A stretch of DNA of 64,000 nucleotides from Clostridium sp. CAG:492 (GTDB taxonomy: Bacteria > Bacillota > Clostridia > TANB77 > CAG-508): positions 4,420 to 68,419 of the forward strand of contig FR878223.1 of NCBI GenBank assembly GCA_000434335.1, written 5' to 3'. The notes under the pieces were generated by a model. It did not search any database. It was not told the DNA's origin and saw only the letters and a program-made list of their open reading frames with translations. How positions within the stretch are numbered: the stretch's first letter is position 1; the number at the start of each line of letters is the position of its first letter. This document shows positions 33,203 through 42,602 of this stretch, piece after piece. The translations under genes and the position numbers were made by a program.

Positions 33203-33236
33203 AAAGGGGTTTTGAGGGGGCATAAAGGAGATATGT

Positions 33237-33548
33237 ATGCAAATTCAAAACAATAATTATGTAACAAATGAAAAAATGAACTTAGAAAATTTTATAAAAA
33301 ATATAATAGAGGAGATAAGTTTAATGGATGAGGTTTGGGTTATAGACAGAATAGAAGGTAATATAGCAGTATGTGAAAATAGATCAAATAAGCAAAAAAA
33401 AGAAATTAATGTCTCACACTTACCAAAAAATATAAAGGAAGGGACAGTATTAAAATATGAGAAAGGGGGATATGTAATAGATAAAGAAATGCAAAATAGT
33501 ATAGAAATGGATATAAAAGAAAAGATGAAAAATATTTGGAACAATTGA
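33237..33548 (+). CDS. DUF3006-family protein
   Basis: VIDRIEGNIAVCE...LPKNIKEGTVLKY...IDKE matches the DUF3006 pattern. An alternative start at 33324 (RBS agaggag) would give 74 aa. It sits directly upstream of an MBL-fold gene, which is the usual pairing. Confidence 0.7.
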   Translation: MQIQNNNYVTNEKMNLENFIKNIIEEISLMDEVWVIDRIEGNIAVCENRSNKQKKEINVSHLPKNIKEGTVLKYEKGGYVIDKEMQNSIEMDIKEKMKNIWNN

Positions 33549-33575
33549 AAAAAATGATGAGGGGGCAAAAGAAAA

Positions 33576-34505
33576 ATGAATATTAAAAAGAATCAAAAAA
33601 ATACATTACTTGGAGCAATTATTACAACAATTATAATATTAATGTTGATTGTATGTGGTGATAATTCACAAATATTTAAAACTTTGACATCAGCAACAAA
33701 TGGAAATGTGAATTCGGAAACACTTGAAAATTTAAAAAATGTAACAATAGTTACAGGAAATGATTGCATATCCAAAATACCGGACGATAATAGTTTAAGA
33801 GTATACTGTTTTGATGTAGGACAGGGAGACAGTATATTAATTACGAACAATAATCAAACTATGTTAATAGATGCAAGTACAAACGAAATGGGGCAAAGAG
33901 TTGTTGAATACTTAAATGAATTGGGAATAAATAAAATTGATTATTTAATTGGAACACATCCTCACGAAGATCATATTGGGGGATTGGATGATGTAATAAA
34001 AAATTTTAATATAGGAACAATATATATGCCAAATGTAATTGCAAATACAAGAACATATGAAGATGTACTTGACGCAATTTCGCAGAAAAATTTAAAGGTA
34101 ACAACTCCTAAAATTGGAGATAAATTTAATGTTGGATATGCAAATTGTGAAATAATGTCAATTGGAAATAATAAAGATGATTATAATAATTGCTCAATAG
34201 TGGTAGAAATGGAATTTAATGATGTAAAATATTTATTTACAGGGGATGCAGAAGAAGAGGTTGAATCATCAAGAAGTTGGCCTCAGGTAGATATTTTGAA
34301 AGTTGGACATCACGGTTCAAATACGAGTTCATCTAAGGCTTTTTTAAACCAAATACATCCTAAAGTAGCTCTAATTTCTGTTGGAAAAGGAAATAGTTAT
34401 GGACATCCAACACAAAATACTTTAAAGAGATTAAACAATATAGGTGCAAAAATATACAGGACAGATGAAAATGAAACAATATTATTGATAGAAAAAGGGG
34501 AATAA
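33576..34505 (+). CDS. Membrane-anchored/secreted metallo-beta-lactamase-fold hydrolase (ComEC C-terminal-domain-like)
   Basis: N-terminal TM segment, GQGDSILI, HPHEDHIGG (HxHxDH), GHHGS. Confidence 0.85.
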   Translation: MNIKKNQKNTLLGAIITTIIILMLIVCGDNSQIFKTLTSATNGNVNSETLENLKNVTIVTGNDCISKIPDDNSLRVYCFDVGQGDSILITNNNQTMLIDASTNEMGQRVVEYLNELGINKIDYLIGTHPHEDHIGGLDDVIKNFNIGTIYMPNVIANTRTYEDVLDAISQKNLKVTTPKIGDKFNVGYANCEIMSIGNNKDDYNNCSIVVEMEFNDVKYLFTGDAEEEVESSRSWPQVDILKVGHHGSNTSSSKAFLNQIHPKVALISVGKGNSYGHPTQNTLKRLNNIGAKIYRTDENETILLIEKGE

Positions 34506-34543
34506 AAAGGCGTGTTATAATTTATAACATTATATGATTGTGA

Positions 34544-34592
34544 AAAAGATATTATAGTATAAAATATAATTTTTATATTATAATATCTTTTT
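34544..34592 (+). terminator. Long AT-rich hairpin terminator after the MBL gene
   Basis: aaaagatattata (34544-34556) pairs with tataatatctttt (34579-34591), with additional inner pairing. Confidence 0.6.
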
Positions 34593-34701
34593 AAATGATA
34601 ACTATAAAGATACCAAAACACAATAATTAGATGAAAAATAATAAAAAATCTTTTTTAAACCATAGACAAAAAAATAATAGTATGCTAATATATAGTCATA
34701 T

Positions 34702-34788
34702 GCCGGTGTGTTGGAATTGGTAGACGAGGCAGACTCAAAATCTGTTGTCAGAAATGGCGTGTGGGTTCGAGTCCCACCACCGGTACCA
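34702..34788 (+). tRNA. tRNA-Leu (anticodon CAA)
   Basis: Cloverleaf with a long variable arm, anticodon loop ctCAAaa, T-arm gggttcgagtccc, and an encoded CCA. Confidence 0.9.
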
Positions 34789-34808
34789 AACTTAATAATT
34801 AAAAAAAA

Positions 34809-34832
34809 ACGATTATAAAAATAATCGTTTTT
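34809..34832 (+). terminator. Terminator after tRNA-Leu
   Basis: acgattat pairs with ataatcgt and is followed by tttt. Confidence 0.65.
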
Positions 34833-34943
34833 ATGCGTGTAATATAATTGTAATATAATTGAAATATTTTTGTAATTGTAGTTTTTTGTAGAAACGTGTA
34901 TAATATTATTAGAAATTTACTTATGATAAAGGAGGAAAGTTGC

Positions 34944-35819
34944 ATGGCTAAAAATAGCAGTGGAAATGTAAGAATGGTAATAACACAAGAAAAAATTCTA
35001 GCTAATATAGAAAAAGTAAAAAAAATGATAAATCCGAATAGTAAAAAGAAGATTGTTAAGCTAGAAGAAGATAGCTATTTTTTAGACTTAATTGCTTCAA
35101 TAAAATCATATCTAGAAGAATATCCAAAAGAGGATACTTTTCCAAGAGATGTATATGATGCTGCATATGATTTAGTAGAATATGCAACTACACAATTTGA
35201 AGATAACACAAAAAAAATTGAGGAACTAATACGTCAAAGAGAAAATAACATAGCATTAGCATCTGAATTAAAGGAAGTACTTACAGCAGTTGAAAGTAAG
35301 GAAACAAACTGGAAAAAGAAAGTCCAAGATTTATCAAATAAATTACCAGATGATATAATTGATACATTAGGAGTATTAGGAAGGGCAAAATCTAAAAAAA
35401 CACAAACTTATTTAGATTCTCTTAATTTAATTAATGTAAAAATTTCAAATTTAGAATCAAATCTTTATATAGAAGTAGATATGGAAAGAATTGAGGATAG
35501 ATCAAAGGCATTGAGTTACATTGGAATTGAAATAGCAGAATCATTAAAAGATATTGAAAACATTGAAAATGTAAAAAATGAAAATATTGAAGAAATTTCT
35601 GAAAACAATTTAAATCAATCAGAAAGTGGTCAAGATCAAATAGATACACAGTATATAGAAGACACAAGAATAGAAGTAAAACCAACTTTATGGGAAAGAA
35701 TAAAAAATATGAAGTTAGTTAGAGGAATAAGATACATTATGAAAATAAAAGTTGTACTAGAGCTACCTGAAATGGCAGAATTACCAGAAAGTACAGAAAA
35801 ACATAATGAGAAAAAGTAA
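34944..35819 (+). CDS. Hypothetical acidic coiled-coil protein (about 291 aa), no recognisable family
   Basis: A strong RBS (aaaggagga) precedes the ATG at 34944. The sequence is heptad-like and Glu/Lys/Asn-rich. The track start at 34896 is probably an extension. Confidence 0.6.
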   Translation: MAKNSSGNVRMVITQEKILANIEKVKKMINPNSKKKIVKLEEDSYFLDLIASIKSYLEEYPKEDTFPRDVYDAAYDLVEYATTQFEDNTKKIEELIRQRENNIALASELKEVLTAVESKETNWKKKVQDLSNKLPDDIIDTLGVLGRAKSKKTQTYLDSLNLINVKISNLESNLYIEVDMERIEDRSKALSYIGIEIAESLKDIENIENVKNENIEEISENNLNQSESGQDQIDTQYIEDTRIEVKPTLWERIKNMKLVRGIRYIMKIKVVLELPEMAELPESTEKHNEKK

Positions 35820-35982
35820 ATATACAAAGCCAGAGCAATAATCTTTTATAGCTTGTTGATAATAATGAGTTATTTAAGTTGTTGCTCATTACTATATATT
35901 GTTTATGCGATTTAAAAATATTAGGTAAAACCATTATAATATTTCATGCTAAATATATAATAAAAAAAATTTAAAATATGTA

Positions 35983-36011
35983 TTGACATATTCTAAATTA
36001 TATTATATACT
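35983..36011 (+). promoter_or_regulatory. Sigma-A promoter for the tRNA pair
   Basis: TTGACA (35983-35988), 17 nt, TATACT (36006-36011), 22 nt before the tRNA 5' end. Confidence 0.6.
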
Positions 36012-36033
36012 AATCACTGTCGATAGGAAATAC

Positions 36034-36110
36034 GCGCCCTTAGCTCAGTTGGTCAGAGCAACCGGCTCATAACCGGTGGGTCCAAGGTTCGAATCCTTGA
36101 GGGCGCACCA
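36034..36110 (+). tRNA. tRNA with CAU anticodon: elongator type, probably tRNA-Ile2 (lysidine-modified), otherwise tRNA-Met
   Basis: Anticodon loop ctCATaa. The G1-C72 pair rules out an initiator. The acceptor stem gcgccct has C4/C5, and the D-arm tagctcagttggtcagagc resembles tRNA-Ile2. CCA is encoded. Confidence 0.85.
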
Positions 36111-36175
36111 AATGAATACTGCTATAGTATCATAACAGTATTCATTTTTATTAAATTAAATAGTTGGGTAGGTGG

Positions 36176-36261
36176 CCGAGTGGCTAAAGGCGGCAGACTG
36201 TAAATCTGTTCTCATTCGAGTACGATGGTTCGAATCCATCCCTGCCCACCAAAGCAAGTTT
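36176..36261 (+). tRNA. tRNA-Tyr (anticodon GUA)
   Basis: Anticodon loop ctGTAaa, long variable arm, T-arm ggttcgaatcc, and an encoded CCA. Confidence 0.9.
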
Positions 36262-36311
36262 TTGTCAAACTTTTTCAAAGCATTGAAAATAGTGAGACTA
36301 AGAGAACAAAA

Positions 36312-36347
36312 AAATATGAATTGATTTATCGATTCATATTTTTTTGT
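36312..36347 (+). terminator. Terminator of the tRNA transcription unit
   Basis: aaatatgaat pairs with attcatattt and is followed by a T-run. Confidence 0.7.
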
Positions 36348-36631
36348 TTTCTTTTAGTTTGTATCAGTAATTTCTGAAAATAATTGTTTTTATATGAATT
36401 TTATGATATAAACAGGGAAAATGGGAAATTTGCAATGCAACATTGCAAATTAAAAAATAGAGAAGATTATGACATATAAAATTGAAGATAAAAAATGAAA
36501 AAGGCAGGTGCTAACATATAAAATGGAAAAGTGCTTTGTCTTTCGGAATGTAATATTGAAGATGATAGAGTTGAAGTAATATATTGAAATGAAATTAAAT
36601 AAAGTTTTATAAATTGTGAAAGGAAAAGAAA

Positions 36632-37249
36632 ATGATAAAAAATATAATTTTTGATTTAGGAAATGTAATTATAAATTATAATCAAAATAAAATAATTAGT
36701 AATTTTACTAAAAAAGAAGAAGAGATAAAATACATATATGATGAGATATTTCATGCTCAAGAATGGACTTTAATGGATTTAGGGAATATTACTAATGATG
36801 AAGCAATAGAAATAATAAACAAAAGAAATGAGTCTAAATATGAAACGTTGACACAGGATTTTTTACATGAATGGTATAAAAAACAACCTATAAATAGAGA
36901 TGTAGTTGAAATAGCAAAAACATTAAAAAAAAATGGATATAATTTATTTGTATTATCTAATATGGCTAATCAAACATATGAATATTTTAAAAATGATGAA
37001 TTTTTTGGGTTATGTACAGGAATTTTAATATCAGCACAAGAACATATAAAAAAACCAGATGAAAAAGTGTATAGATTACTTTTGGATAGATATAATTTAA
37101 ATGCAGAAGAGTGCTTATTTATAGATGATGATTACTCTGGGAAAAACTATGAAACAGCAAATAAAATTGGTATAAAAGGTAGGAAAATTGTACCAAATCA
37201 AGCAGAAGATGTAAAAAAATTGCTATTGGAATTTAGCGTAAAAATATAA
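36632..37249 (+). CDS. HAD-superfamily hydrolase (subfamily IA-like)
   Basis: Motif I IIFDLGNVI, motif II LSN, and C-terminal FIDDD. 205 aa. Confidence 0.8.
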   Translation: MIKNIIFDLGNVIINYNQNKIISNFTKKEEEIKYIYDEIFHAQEWTLMDLGNITNDEAIEIINKRNESKYETLTQDFLHEWYKKQPINRDVVEIAKTLKKNGYNLFVLSNMANQTYEYFKNDEFFGLCTGILISAQEHIKKPDEKVYRLLLDRYNLNAEECLFIDDDYSGKNYETANKIGIKGRKIVPNQAEDVKKLLLEFSVKI

Positions 37250-37596
37250 ATTTGATATTTATGCTTTAAATAAATGGGAAAAGATATAAAAAAATAATGC
37301 TAGAAAATAAAAAAATATCACTTAAATTATGTAAAAGGATTTAGACAATATATATTGAATTGTAATTTTTGCTAATTATAGTTTTAATTATAAATTACAC
37401 AATAAAACTGAGTTCAAATATAGTAATGGATATAAAATGTTATGTTAAATTATAAATATAGTTATGGTGAAAAAATCACATTTGTATATGCATTCGTTTT
37501 GAACCATTGCTATAGCTAATTTTGAAACGAATGATAATGTATTTTTGTGCAAGTCCTTTTTCGAATATGTCCACTGCTAATGCACCAATTTAGAAA

Positions 37597-37640
37597 CCCT
37601 TGTATAAGTTGAAGTAGCAACTATACAGGGATTTTTTTTT
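37597..37640 (+). terminator. Orphan Rho-independent terminator with no annotated ORF upstream
   Basis: cccttgtata pairs with tatacaggg and is followed by 9 T. The nearest upstream + strand ORF ends at 37249. Confidence 0.55.
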
Positions 37641-37691
37641 ATAAATCAATTGTTAATAAATAAAAGCAATTATAAATGTTTCTTAAAAATG

Positions 37692-37747
37692 TTGACAAAG
37701 AATGAAAATGAGAGTATACTAATATACTGAAATGGTATATTAGTATA
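37692..37747 (+). promoter_or_regulatory. Promoter plus 13-bp inverted-repeat operator of the TetR/YhgE operon
   Basis: TTGACA (37692-37697), 17 nt, TATACT (37715-37720). The inverted repeat is tatactaatatac (37715-37727), N7, gtatattagtata (37735-37747), and it overlaps the -10. Confidence 0.65.
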
Positions 37748-37765
37748 GAAAGGAAGTAAAGGCTT

Positions 37766-38353
37766 ATGAAGGAAGAGCAAATACTTAACGCAGCAAAGAA
37801 ATTATTTACTAATTATGGCTTTAAAAAAGTATCTATGGACGAAATAGCAAGTGAAGCAGGAGTAACCAAAAAAACTGTTTATACTTATTTTTCAAGTAAA
37901 GAAGAGCTTTTAAAATATTGCATAAAAGAAGAGCTACAAAATATGAGAAAAATAATTGAAAATGTAGAGTCTAAAAAATTAGATTTTATGGAAACAGTAC
38001 ATCAGGTAATATATAATTTGTTAAAATACAAAAAAAATTGTAAATTCTTAAAAATGCTGTTTAAAGAATCAGAGATATTAAAAAATGAGCAACTAAAAGA
38101 AAATTTAAAAATAGTGGATAAAGAAATTCAAAATTATATAAGAAAACAATTAGAGCTTGCAATTCAAAATGATAAAATTGAAGTACAAAATATAGATATT
38201 ACGACCTTTCTAATATACAAAATGTACATTGCACTAATGATAGACTGGAATGAAGATTATAAAAAATTAGATGAAAAAGAAATAGCAGATAATATATTGC
38301 ATTTCTTAGTAAATGGTTTAAAAAGAAAGGAAGTTGAAAAAGATGCAGAATAA
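37766..38353 (+). CDS. TetR/AcrR-family transcriptional regulator
   Basis: N-terminal HTH FTNYGFKKVSMDEIASEAGVTKKTVYTYFSSKEEL. Confidence 0.9.
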   Translation: MKEEQILNAAKKLFTNYGFKKVSMDEIASEAGVTKKTVYTYFSSKEELLKYCIKEELQNMRKIIENVESKKLDFMETVHQVIYNLLKYKKNCKFLKMLFKESEILKNEQLKENLKIVDKEIQNYIRKQLELAIQNDKIEVQNIDITTFLIYKMYIALMIDWNEDYKKLDEKEIADNILHFLVNGLKRKEVEKDAE

Positions 38354-40505
38354 AAAATTTTTCAAAATTATTATTTTCATAGTAGTGTTATGTATTCCAA
38401 TTATATATAGCTTCTTCTATTTAAAATCATATTGGGATCCATATGGAAATTTGACAGATATGAAAATAGCAATAGTAAATCTAGATAAAGGAGTAGACGG
38501 AACTAACCAAGGTAGTGAATTGGTAAAAGAATTAAAAGATAAAGATGTTATGGATATTTGCGAAGTTAGTCAAGATGAAGCAAATGAGGGATTACAAAAT
38601 GCAGAATATTATGCAACAATAACAATACCAAGCAATTTTACAGAATGTTTAAATAGTGCAAAAGAAGAAGATAAAAAAGTTGCAACTATAACATATTCAC
38701 CAAACCAACAAAGCAATTACTTAGCATCACAAATAATTAACAAAGTTATAACAGCAACAGAAATGGAATTACAAAGTAAAGTTGGAAAAGAAGTTGTATC
38801 AACATTATCAGATACATTAGCAGAAGTTCCAGATAGCTTACAAGAAATTTCAGATGGAGCAGATAAAATATATGATGGAACATCTGATTTAAATAGTGGA
38901 TTAAAAGATTTAAACAGTGGAATTGGATTATTAAATAGCAAATATACAGATTTTGACAATGGAGTAAAAAGTGCATATGCAGGAAGCTCAAGTTTAAATA
39001 ATGGTGTATCACAGGTAAACGAAGGTGTTGCAAGTTTAGAAAGTGGAGCAACAACATTAGATGATGCAATAGCCCAAATTAATGCTGGAGTTGATAGCTT
39101 ATCTACAAATGGAGGAGACAAAATATCTACTTTAATACAAGGTATAGATAATTTAAATAATGGTGCAGAACAAGTAAATTCAGGTGTCCAAAGTTATACA
39201 CAAAATACTGATAATTTGGCCAAAAGTGTTCAAGATTATACAACTTTAGTAAATCAATTAGATGGTAGCCAAAATCAATTATTACAATCTATAATAGATT
39301 ATGATAATGCAATAAATGGAAATGGTGTTACAAATGAACAAATAAGCCAAATGGCTCAAAGTGCAAAAGCAATAATAGCTGGAAAAGAAAAATATAAATT
39401 AGAAGATAATGGTAAAGCAATTGCCGCAGGTGCAAAGTCTTTATCAGCAAAAAGTGATGAAGTAAGAGCTGGAGCTCAATCACTTAAAAATGGAACAGAA
39501 ACTTTAAAATCAAGTTCATCAGAAATTTCTGGATTAATGGCAAAAATTGGTACATTAAAAACAGGATTAACATCTGTTAAAAATGGAACAGAAACTTTAA
39601 AAAATGGTCTTTCAACATTAAAAGTTGGAGGTACTCAAGTTCAAAGTGGAGCACAATCACTTGAAACTGGATTAAAAACATTAAGCACAAGTTCAGAAAC
39701 AGTTAAGGATTCTTTAAATAAATTAGATGAAGGAAGTACTTCCGCTGTAGAAGGTAGTCAAACTTTATTAGATGGTGTTGATACTTTCAAAACAGAAATT
39801 AATAATGGATTAAAAAAATCTAAAACAGAGCTAACTAAATTAAATGGATTAAATGATTTCGTATCAGATCCAGTAAAAATTGAAGAAGAGGATTATGGTG
39901 AAGTAAGTTCATATGGTATTGCATTTACACCATTATTCTTATCAATTGGATTATGGGTTGGAGCTTTAATGTGTTATGTTGTTTTATATTATGACCAAAG
40001 ACATAGATTTGGAAAATTAGATTATAATGAAAAAAATAAAATTTTACAAAATTTAATGTATATTGGAATTGGATTAATAGATGGTGTAGTTACTGGATTA
40101 GTATTAAAATTTGGATTAGGTTTTGATGTAACAAATATGGGAGTATATTTATTAGAATGTGCCATAACTGGTGGCGTATTTATGACAATTATACAATTCT
40201 TAATTAGAAATTTGGGAGATATAGGAAAATTCTTAGCATTAATTATATTAGTACTTCAATTAGCTGCTGCTGGAGGAACATTCCCGGTAGAAACAATTGA
40301 TAAAGGATTTAGATTCTTAAATCCATTACTACCAATGACATATACAATAAAAGTATTTAAAGAATGTTTAATTTCAACAAGTACAAACTTTATTGGAAAA
40401 AATACTTTAGTATTAATTGGAATTGCTGTAGTATTAGGAGTTATAACTCTTGGAGTTGAAATTATAAAAATGAAAAAAGAAAAAAAGAATGCAAAAGATG
40501 CGTAG
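38343..40505 (+). CDS. YhgE/Pip-domain membrane protein (phage-infection-protein / ABC-2-like permease family)
   Basis: N-terminal TM, a long extracellular region of degenerate L-x-x-G-x-x-x-L coiled-coil repeats (LNSGLKDLNSGIGLLNS...), and a C-terminal 5-TM bundle. The ATG at 38343 has better RBS spacing than the track start at 38334. It overlaps the tetR 3' end. Confidence 0.85.
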   Translation: MQNKKFFKIIIFIVVLCIPIIYSFFYLKSYWDPYGNLTDMKIAIVNLDKGVDGTNQGSELVKELKDKDVMDICEVSQDEANEGLQNAEYYATITIPSNFTECLNSAKEEDKKVATITYSPNQQSNYLASQIINKVITATEMELQSKVGKEVVSTLSDTLAEVPDSLQEISDGADKIYDGTSDLNSGLKDLNSGIGLLNSKYTDFDNGVKSAYAGSSSLNNGVSQVNEGVASLESGATTLDDAIAQINAGVDSLSTNGGDKISTLIQGIDNLNNGAEQVNSGVQSYTQNTDNLAKSVQDYTTLVNQLDGSQNQLLQSIIDYDNAINGNGVTNEQISQMAQSAKAIIAGKEKYKLEDNGKAIAAGAKSLSAKSDEVRAGAQSLKNGTETLKSSSSEISGLMAKIGTLKTGLTSVKNGTETLKNGLSTLKVGGTQVQSGAQSLETGLKTLSTSSETVKDSLNKLDEGSTSAVEGSQTLLDGVDTFKTEINNGLKKSKTELTKLNGLNDFVSDPVKIEEEDYGEVSSYGIAFTPLFLSIGLWVGALMCYVVLYYDQRHRFGKLDYNEKNKILQNLMYIGIGLIDGVVTGLVLKFGLGFDVTNMGVYLLECAITGGVFMTIIQFLIRNLGDIGKFLALIILVLQLAAAGGTFPVETIDKGFRFLNPLLPMTYTIKVFKECLISTSTNFIGKNTLVLIGIAVVLGVITLGVEIIKMKKEKKNAKDA

Positions 40506-40513
40506 TAATAAAA

Positions 40514-40549
40514 AATACACATAAATAAAGATTTATGTGTATTTTTTTT
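40514..40549 (+). terminator. Terminator after the yhgE-like gene
   Basis: aatacacataaat pairs with atttatgtgtatt and is followed by a T-run. Confidence 0.8.
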
Positions 40550-40650
40550 AGAAACAATTTTTATAAGACATATAATTAATTTCAAAATATTTCTATTGAA
40601 AATCATACACATAAATGATATAATCCAATTCAAAAGTAGAGGTGTTAATT

Positions 40651-41097
40651 ATGAAGGTAATTTTATTAGATAATATAAAGGGCGTTGGAAAAAAAGATGA
40701 AATAATAAATGCAAGTGATGGTTATGCACGTAATTTTTTATTTCCAAAAAAATTAGCTGTAGAAGCTAATAACGAAAATATGAGTAAATTAAAGGCTAAA
40801 AAACAGTCAGAACAATATAAAAAAGATGTTAATAAAGAAAATTCCGAAAAAATAGCTAAAAAATTAGATGATATAACATTAACAATTAAAGTAAAAGCAG
40901 GAGAAAACGGAAAAATATTTGGTGGAGTAACATCAAAAGAAATATCAGAAGAGCTTAAAAAACAATACAAAATAGATATTGATAAAAAGAAAATTATACT
41001 TAATGAAAACATAAAAAATTTAGGTAGTTTTGATATAAGTATGAAATTATTTGAAGGTGTTACTGGAAAATTAAAGGTAAAAGTTATTTCAGAATAA
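40651..41097 (+). CDS. rplI: 50S ribosomal protein L9
   Basis: MKVILLDNIKGVGKKDEIINASDGYARNFLFPKKLA. RBS gaggtg. Confidence 0.95.
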   Translation: MKVILLDNIKGVGKKDEIINASDGYARNFLFPKKLAVEANNENMSKLKAKKQSEQYKKDVNKENSEKIAKKLDDITLTIKVKAGENGKIFGGVTSKEISEELKKQYKIDIDKKKIILNENIKNLGSFDISMKLFEGVTGKLKVKVISE

Positions 41098-41114
41098 GCC
41101 AAAATACATGAGAA

Positions 41115-41163
41115 AAAATATTGCTATATGGAATTCTAAAGTACGTATGAGCAATATTTTTTT
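41115..41163 (+). terminator. Hairpin terminator/attenuator between rplI and dnaB
   Basis: aaaatattgct (41115-41125) pairs with agcaatatttt (41150-41160), followed by ttt. Confidence 0.55.
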
Positions 41164-41195
41164 ACTCAAAATCTGTCTAGGAGGAATAGTAAAAA

Positions 41196-42524
41196 ATGGA
41201 GTTTAATAAAGTACCACCACATGATTTGGAGGCAGAGCAGGCAGTTTTAGGATGTATGCTAACAGATAAAGATGCTGTAATATCTGCAGTTGAAACTCTA
41301 ACAGAAGATGATTTTTATAGAGAAGATAATAAAATAATTTATAAAGCGATTCTTAATTTATATAATAGAGCAGAGCCAATTGATATTATAACATTAAAAT
41401 CTGAATTAAGTGCAATTGGGAAATTTGAGGCAGTAGGAGGATTGGAATATTTAGCAGAATTACCAGATAAAGTTCCTACTACTTCAAATGTTGAAAGATA
41501 TATTAAAATAGTAGAAGAAAAATCAACATTAAGAACTCTTATAAAAACAGCAAATGATTTAATTTCTTTAGGTTATGACCCAACTCAAGATGTTGAAGAT
41601 ATAATGGATAGTGCTGAAAAGAAAATTTTTAATGTTATGCAAAAAAGAAATCAAACAGGGTACTCATCTATTAAAGATATTTTAGTAGATTCTTTTACTG
41701 AGCTTGAGGATTTGTATAATAGAAAACAACATGTAACTGGTGTTCCAACTGGATTTATAGATTTAGATAATAAAACAGCTGGTCTTCATAATTCAGATTT
41801 AATACTAGTTGCTGCAAGACCTGCTATGGGAAAATCTGCATTTGCATTAAATATTGCTACAAATGCAGCAATACAGGCAAATGTTGGTGTTGCTATATTC
41901 AGTCTCGAAATGTCAAAGGAGCAAATGGCTAACAGAATTTTGGGTAGTGTTGCTATGGTTGATGGAAATAGTATTAGAACAGGTAGAATTGCAGATGATG
42001 ATTGGATTAAACTTGCAACAGCATCTGGAGAGCTTTCTCAAACCGGTATATACATAGATGACACACCTGGTATATCTGTAATGGAAATTCGTGCAAAGTG
42101 TAGGAAATTAAAATTAGAAAAAAATATTGGTCTAGTTGTAATAGATTATCTACAGCTTGTTCAAGGGAGTAACAAAAAAGGTGGTAGCCGTGAGCAGGAA
42201 ATTTCTGAAATTAGTAGATCTTTAAAAATATTAGCGAAAGAAATAAATGTTCCTGTAATTGCATTATCACAGTTATCCCGTGCGCCTGAGCAACGTCCAG
42301 ATCATAGACCTATGCTTTCTGACCTTCGTGAATCTGGAGCGATAGAGCAGGATGCCGATATTGTTATGTTCTTATATAGAGATGATTACTATAATGAAGA
42401 TAGTGAAAAGAAAAATATTGCGGAAGTTATTATTGCTAAACACAGAGCTGGTTCTACTGGAACTGTTGAGCTTGCTTGGCTTGGAAGTTATACTAAATTT
42501 GCTAATTTGGCGAAGGATTATTAG
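41196..42524 (+). CDS. dnaB: Replicative DNA helicase DnaB
   Basis: PHDLEAEQAVLG, Walker A ARPAMGKSAFALN, and the C-terminal RecA-like domain. Confidence 0.97.
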   Translation: MEFNKVPPHDLEAEQAVLGCMLTDKDAVISAVETLTEDDFYREDNKIIYKAILNLYNRAEPIDIITLKSELSAIGKFEAVGGLEYLAELPDKVPTTSNVERYIKIVEEKSTLRTLIKTANDLISLGYDPTQDVEDIMDSAEKKIFNVMQKRNQTGYSSIKDILVDSFTELEDLYNRKQHVTGVPTGFIDLDNKTAGLHNSDLILVAARPAMGKSAFALNIATNAAIQANVGVAIFSLEMSKEQMANRILGSVAMVDGNSIRTGRIADDDWIKLATASGELSQTGIYIDDTPGISVMEIRAKCRKLKLEKNIGLVVIDYLQLVQGSNKKGGSREQEISEISRSLKILAKEINVPVIALSQLSRAPEQRPDHRPMLSDLRESGAIEQDADIVMFLYRDDYYNEDSEKKNIAEVIIAKHRAGSTGTVELAWLGSYTKFANLAKDY

Positions 42525-42562
42525 GTTTTTGCAAGTTGGGCTTTGAAGCTTGGGTTGGGACC

Positions 42563-42602
42563 GTGAGAATAGGATTATATTATAATATAATCCTATCCTC
42601 AC
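42563..42602. repeat. 40-bp near-perfect palindrome in the dnaB-tilS spacer
   Basis: gtgagaataggattatatta / taatataatcctatcctcac. The inner 28 bp are perfect and there is one mismatch in the outer arms. Confidence 0.8.

Noticed and set aside
38717-39700. Repetitive-looking stretch inside the yhgE/pip gene (recurrent ttaaa...ggt/gga units), considered as a possible tandem DNA repeat or array.
   Set aside because: The repeats are degenerate at the DNA level and correspond to protein-level L-x-x-G coiled-coil repeats typical of YhgE/Pip proteins. There is no spacer-repeat structure and it is not a CRISPR array.
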